This document shows, piece by piece, positions 59,101 to 64,000 of a stretch of DNA of 64,000 nucleotides. The number at the start of each line of letters is the position of its first letter. Position 1 is the first letter of the stretch. The DNA lies in assembly GCA_964016885.1 (NCBI GenBank), contig OZ024741.1:415896001-415960000 (forward strand), in the 5' to 3' direction. Origin of the DNA: Eledone cirrhosa (taxonomy: Eukaryota). Below the pieces are notes generated by a model that ran no database searches, was not told where the DNA came from, and was given only the letters and a program-made list of their open reading frames with translations. The translations under genes were made by a program, and so were the position numbers.

Positions 59101-62100
59101 GAGGTCTCTGTTATAATAACTGGGGTATGTTATATTAACTGGGGTCTCTGTTATATTAACTGGGGCCTCTGTTATATTAACTGAGGTCTCTGTTATATTA
59201 ACTGGGGTCTCTATTATATTAACTGGGGCCTCTATTATATTAACTGGGGTCGCTGTTATATTAACTGGGGTCTCTGTTATATTAACTGGGGTCTCTGTTA
59301 TATCAACTGGGGCCTCTATTATATTTACTGCGGCCTCTGTTATATTAACTGGGGTCTCTGTTATATTAACTGGCTTCTTTTATATTAACTGGCGCCTCTG
59401 TTATATTAACTGGGGCCTCTGTTATATTAACTGGGGCCTCTGTTATATTAACTGGGGCCTCTATTATATTAACTGATGTCTCTGTTATATTAACTGGGGT
59501 CTGTTATTAACTGGGGCCTCTATTATATTAACTGAGGTCTCTGTTATATTAACTGGAGTCTCTGTTATATTAACTGGGTCTCTGTTATATTAAATGGCGT
59601 CTGTTATTAACTGGGGCCTCTATTATATTAACTGGGGTCTCTGTTATATTAACTGGGGTCTCTGTTATATTAACTGAGGTCTGTTATCTTAACTGGGGTC
59701 TCTGTTATATTAACTGGGTTCTCTGTTATATTAACTGGGGTCTGTTATTAACTGGGGCCTCTATTATATTAACTGAGGTCTCTGTTATATTAACTGGAGT
59801 CTCTGTTATATTAACTGGGTCTCTGTTATATTAAATGGCGTATGTTATATTAACTGGGGTCTCTGTTATATTAACTGGGGTCTCTGTTATATTAACTGGG
59901 GTCTCTGTTATATTAACTGGGGCCTCTATTATATTAACTGGGGTCGCTGTTATATTAAATGGGGTCTCTGTTATATTAACTGGGGTCTCTGTTATATTAA
60001 CTGGGGTCTCTGTTATATTAACTGGGGTCTCTGTTATATTAACTGGGGTCTCTGTTATATTAACTGGGGCCTCTATTATATTAACTGGGGTCGCTGTTAT
60101 ATTAAATGGGGTCTCTGTTATATTAACTGGGGTCTGTTATATTAACTGGGGTCTCTGTTATATTAACTGGGGCCTCTATTATATTAGCTGGGGCCTCTGT
60201 TATATTAACTGGGGTCTCTGTTATATTAACTGGGTTCAGTTATATTAACTGGGGTCTCTGTTATATTAACTGAGGTCTCTGTAATATTAACTGGGGCCTC
60301 TATTATATTAACTGGGGTCTCTGTTATATTAACTGGGGTCTCTGTTATATTAACTGGGTCTCTGTTATATTAAATGGCATCTGTTATATTAACTGGGGTC
60401 TCTGTTATATTAACTGAGGTCTCTGTTATATTAACTGGGGCCTCTGTTATATTAACTGGGTCTGTTATTAACTGGGGCCTCTATTATATTAACTGAGGTC
60501 TCTGTTATAATAACTGGGGTCTGTTATTAACTGGGGCCTCTATTATATTAACTGACGTCTCTGTTATATTAACTGGGGTCTGTTATTAACTGGGGCCTCT
60601 ATTATATTAACTGAGGTATCTGTTATATTAACTGGGGTCTGTTATTAACTGGGGCCTCTATTATATCAACTGGGGTCTCTGTTATATTAACTGGGGTCTC
60701 TGTTATATTAACTGGGGTCTGTTATATTAACTGGGGTCTCTGTTATATTAACTGGGGTCTCTGTTGTATTAACTGGGGTCTGTTATCTTAACTGAGGTCT
60801 CTGTTACATTAACTGGGCTCTGTTATATTAACTGGGGTCTCTGTTATATTAACTGAGGTCTGTTATCTTAACTGGGGTCTCTGTTATATTAACTGGGTTC
60901 TCTGTTATATTAACTGGGGTCTGTTATTAACTGGGGCCTCTATTATATTAACTGAGGTCTCTGTTATATTAACTGTGTCTCTGTTATATTAAATGGCGTC
61001 TGTTATATTAACTGGGGTCTCTGTTATATTAACTGGGGTCTCTGTTATATTAACTGGGGCCTCTGTTATAATAACTGAGGTCTCTGTTATATTAACTGGG
61101 GTCTCTGTTATATTAACTGGGGCCTCTATTATATTAACTGGGGTCGCTGTTATATTAATTGGGGTCTCTGTTATATTAACTGGGGTCTCTGTTATATTAA
61201 ATGGGGCCTCTATTATATTAACTGGGGTCTCTGTTATATTAACTGGGGTCTCTGTTATATTAACTGGCGTCTCTGTTATATTAACTAGGGCCTCTATTAT
61301 ATTAACTGGGGCCTCTGTTATATTAACTGGGGTCTCTGTTATATTAACTGGGTTCATTTATATTAACTGGGGCCTCTGTTATATTAACTGGGGCCTCTGT
61401 TATATTAACTGGGGCCTCTGTTATATTAACTGGGGTCTCTGTCATGTTAACTGGGGTATGTTATATTAACTGGGACCTCTGTTATATTAACTGGGGCCTC
61501 TATTATATTAACTGGGCCTCTGTTATATTAACTGGGGTCTCTGTTATATTAACTGGGGTCTCTGTTATATTAACTGGGGTCTCTATTATATTAACTGGGG
61601 TCTCTGTTATATTAACTGGGGTCTCTGTTATATTAACTGGGGTCTCTGTTATATTAACTGGGGTATGTTATATTAACTGGGGTCTCTGTTATATTAGCTG
61701 GGTCCTCTTTTATATTAACTGGGGCCTCTATTATATTAACTGGGGTATGTTATATTAACTGGGGTCTCTGTTATATTAACTGGGGCCTCTGTTATATTAA
61801 CTGAGGTCTCTGTTATATTAACTGGGGTCTCTATTATATTAACTGGGGCCTCTATTATATTAACTGGGGTCGCTGTTATCTTAACTGGGGTCTCTGTTAT
61901 ATTAACTGGGGTCTCTGTTATATCAACTGGGGCCTCTATTATATTTACTGGGGCCTCTGTTATATTAACTGGGGTCTCTGTTATATTAACTGGTTTCTTT
62001 TATATTAACTGGGGCCTCTGTTATATTAACTGGGGCCTCTGTTATATTAACTGGGGCCTCTGTTATATTAACTGGGGCCTCTAATATATTAACTGAGGTC

Positions 62101-64000
62101 TCTGTTATATTAACTGGCGTCTGTTATTAACTGGGGCCTCTATTATATTAACTGAGGTCTCTGTTATATTAACTGGGCTCTGTTATATTAACTGGTGTCT
62201 CTGTTATATTAACTGAGGTCTGTTATCTTAACTGGGGTCTCTGTTATATTAACTGGGTTCTCTGTTATATTAACTGGAGTCTCTGTTATATTAAATGGCG
62301 TCTGTTATATTAACTGGGGTCTCTGTTATATTAACTGGGGTCTCTGTTATATTAACTGGGGTCTCTGTTATATTAACTGGGGCCTCTATTATATTAACTG
62401 GGGTCTCTGTTATATTAACTGGGGTCTCTGTTATATTAAATGGGGCCTCTATTATATTAACTGGGGCCACTGTTATATTAACAGGGGTCTTGTTATATTA
62501 ACTGGGGTCTCTGTTATATTAACTAGGGCCTCTATTATATTAACTGGGGCCTCTGTTATATTAACTGGGGTCGCTGTTATATTAACTGGGTTCAGTTATA
62601 TTAACTGGGGCCTCTGTTATATTAACTGGGGTCTCTGTTATATTAACTGGGGTCTCTGTCATGTTAACTGGGTTATGTTATATTAACTGGGGCCTCTGTT
62701 ATATTAACTGGGGCCTCTATTATAGTAACTGGGGCCTCTGTTATATTAACTGGGGTCTCTGTTATATTAACGGGGGTCTCTGTTATATTAACTGGGGTCT
62801 CTATTATATTAACTGGGGTCTCTGTTATATTAACAGGGGTCTCTGTTATATTAACAGGGGTCTCTGTTATATTAACTGGGGTCTCTGTTATATTAACTGG
62901 GGTCTGTTATATTAACTGGGGTCTCTGTTATATTAACTGGGGTCTCTGTCATATTAACTGGGTTATGTTATATTAACTGGGGTCTCTGTTATATTAACTG
63001 GGGTATCGTATATTAACTGGGGTCTCTGTTATATTAACTGGGGCCTCTATTATATTAGCTGGGGCCACTGTTATGTTAACTGGGGTCTCTGTTATAATAA
63101 CTGGGTTCAGTTATATTAACTGGGGTCTCTGTTATATTAACTGAGGTCTCTGTAATATTAACTGGGGCCTCTATTATATTAACTGGGGCCTCGGTTATAT
63201 TAACAGGGGTCTCTGTTATATTAACAGGGGTCTCTGTTATATTAACTGGGGTCTCTGTTATATTAACTGGGGTCTGTTATATTAACTGAAGTCTCTGTTA
63301 TATTAACTGGGGTCTCTGTTATATTAACTGGGGTATGTTATATTAACTGAGGTCTCTGTTATATTATGTGGGGTCTGTTATTAACTGGGGCCTCTATTAT
63401 ATTAACTGAGGTCTCTGTTATATTAACTGGGGTCTGTTATTAACTGGGGCCTCTATTATATTAACTGATGTCTCTGTTATATTAACTGGGGTCTGTTATT
63501 AACTGGGGTCTCTATTATATTAACTGGGGTCTCTGTTATATTAACTGGGGTCTCTGTTATATTAACTGGGGTCTGTTATATTAACTGGGGTCTCTGTTAT
63601 ATTAACTGGTGTCTCTGTTATATTAACTGGGGTCTGTTATCTTAACTGAGGTCTCTGTTATATTAACTGGGCTCTGTTATATTAACTGGTGTCTCTGTTA
63701 TATTAACTGAGGTCTGTTATCTTAACTGGGGTCTCTGTTATATTAACTGGGTTCTCTGTTATATTAACTGGGGTCTGTTATTAACTGGGGCCTCTATTAT
63801 ATTAACTGAGGTCTCTGTTATATTAACTGGGGTCTCTGTTATATTAACTGGGGCCTCTATTATATTAACTGGGGTCGCTGTTATATTAAATGAGGTCTGT
63901 TATATTAACTGGGGTCTCTGTTATATTAACTGAGGTCTCTGTTATATTAACTGGGGTCTCTGTTATATTAACTGGGGCCTCTATTATATTAACTGGGGTC

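Larger units (their letters stand above)
940..63830. repeat. Higher-order repeat of ~1.5-1.65 kb (about 75-80 monomers), delimited by the landmark GGAGTCTC..GGGTCTC..TTAAATGGCGTC
   Basis: The landmark ATG falls at 940, 2596, 4214, 5707, 7281, 9745, 12105, 14472, 16044, 18508, 20952, 22431, 23963, 25516, 26764, 28196, 29730, 31826, 32900, 34539, 36714, 38792, 40431, 42627, 44684, 46323, 47836, 49429, 49938, 51449 and onward. Within units the variants GTCGCT, CTAGGG, GGGTTCAG, GTCATGTTAAC, TAGTAAC, GTATCG, TTAGCTG, the 59-bp trimers and TATCTTAAC recur in the same order. Confidence 0.93.
1..64000. repeat. Tandem satellite DNA array, 21-bp monomer TGTTATATTAACTGGGGTCTC, single orientation, extends beyond both window edges
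   Basis: The monomer or a 1-4-nt variant of it tiles every line of the sequence. Common variants are GGGGCCTC, GAGGTCTC, TATTATA, 19-bp GGGGTCTG, 20-bp GGGTCTC and 17-bp GGGGTCTGTTATTAACT. No non-repeat sequence or reverse-orientation monomer was seen. Confidence 0.99.

Noticed and set aside
936-61357. Minus-strand (PVNITET)n ORFs resembling a mucin-like repeat with an N-glycosylation sequon in each unit
   Set aside because: Suggestive as a peptide, but frame-breaking 17-, 19- and 20-bp monomers occur every few units and are propagated in all HOR copies. A real coding VNTR exon would keep indels in multiples of 3. No signal peptide or unique flank is visible. RNA-seq or proteomics would be needed to revive this idea.
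940-62915. Plus-strand ORFs encoding (VILTGVS)n and (CYINWGL)n repeats
   Set aside because: The monomer is 7 codons long and two of the three + frames lack stops, so ORFs arise automatically. They start at the landmark variant ATG, switch frame at 19/20-bp monomers and end within about 200 aa. There is no non-repetitive domain and no sign that the frame is preserved.
1-64000. CRISPR array or other repeat-spacer system
   Set aside because: There are no unique spacers: the sequence between conserved cores is itself near-identical. No cas genes or leader are present.
1-64000. TATA-like (TATATTAA), HNF1-like (GTTA..TTAAC) and CRE-like (TGACGTC) motifs as promoters or enhancers
   Set aside because: These short motifs are intrinsic to the monomer or to single variants. 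The spacing does not match the 13-bp HNF1 consensus, and there is no gene to regulate.
1-64000. Pure sequencing or assembly artefact, or synthetic concatemer (BsaI site in each unit)
   Set aside because: The hierarchical, inherited variant patterns with private mutations in each copy look like natural array evolution. Individual block copy numbers could still be misassembled.
1-64000. Telomerase-synthesised telomere tract
   Set aside because: Kilobase-scale conserved order of variant monomers and block duplications are not expected from reiterative copying of one short RNA template. Kept only as a low-interest positional hypothesis.
1-64000. Hidden mobile element, tRNA, rRNA or inverted segment within the array
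   Set aside because: Reading through the window, I found no departure from the monomer longer than a few bases and no CCCCAGTTAATATAAC reverse-orientation units.

Overview
The whole 64-kb window is one uninterrupted head-to-tail satellite DNA array of roughly 3,100 copies (estimated from length) of a 21-bp monomer, consensus TGTTATATTAACTGGGGTCTC (about 38% GC). I saw no unique sequence, inversion, transposon insertion, RNA gene or credible protein-coding gene. Every ORF in the track is a by-product of a 7-codon monomer and is broken by 17-20-bp monomer variants. The information lies in the order of variant monomers, which shows a nested hierarchy: 21-bp monomer, 59-bp trimer, ~1.5-1.65-kb higher-order repeat (HOR) in three recognisable types (A, B, C), and recent tandem block duplications of 2.4, 5.9 and 8.8 kb, with a probable older relationship at ~23.9 kb. 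A more diverged subfamily occupies the last ~12 kb. This looks like eukaryotic heterochromatic (centromeric, pericentromeric or subtelomeric) satellite. Organism and function cannot be determined from the sequence. All coordinates and offsets were counted by eye, and block boundaries are approximate to within a few monomers.
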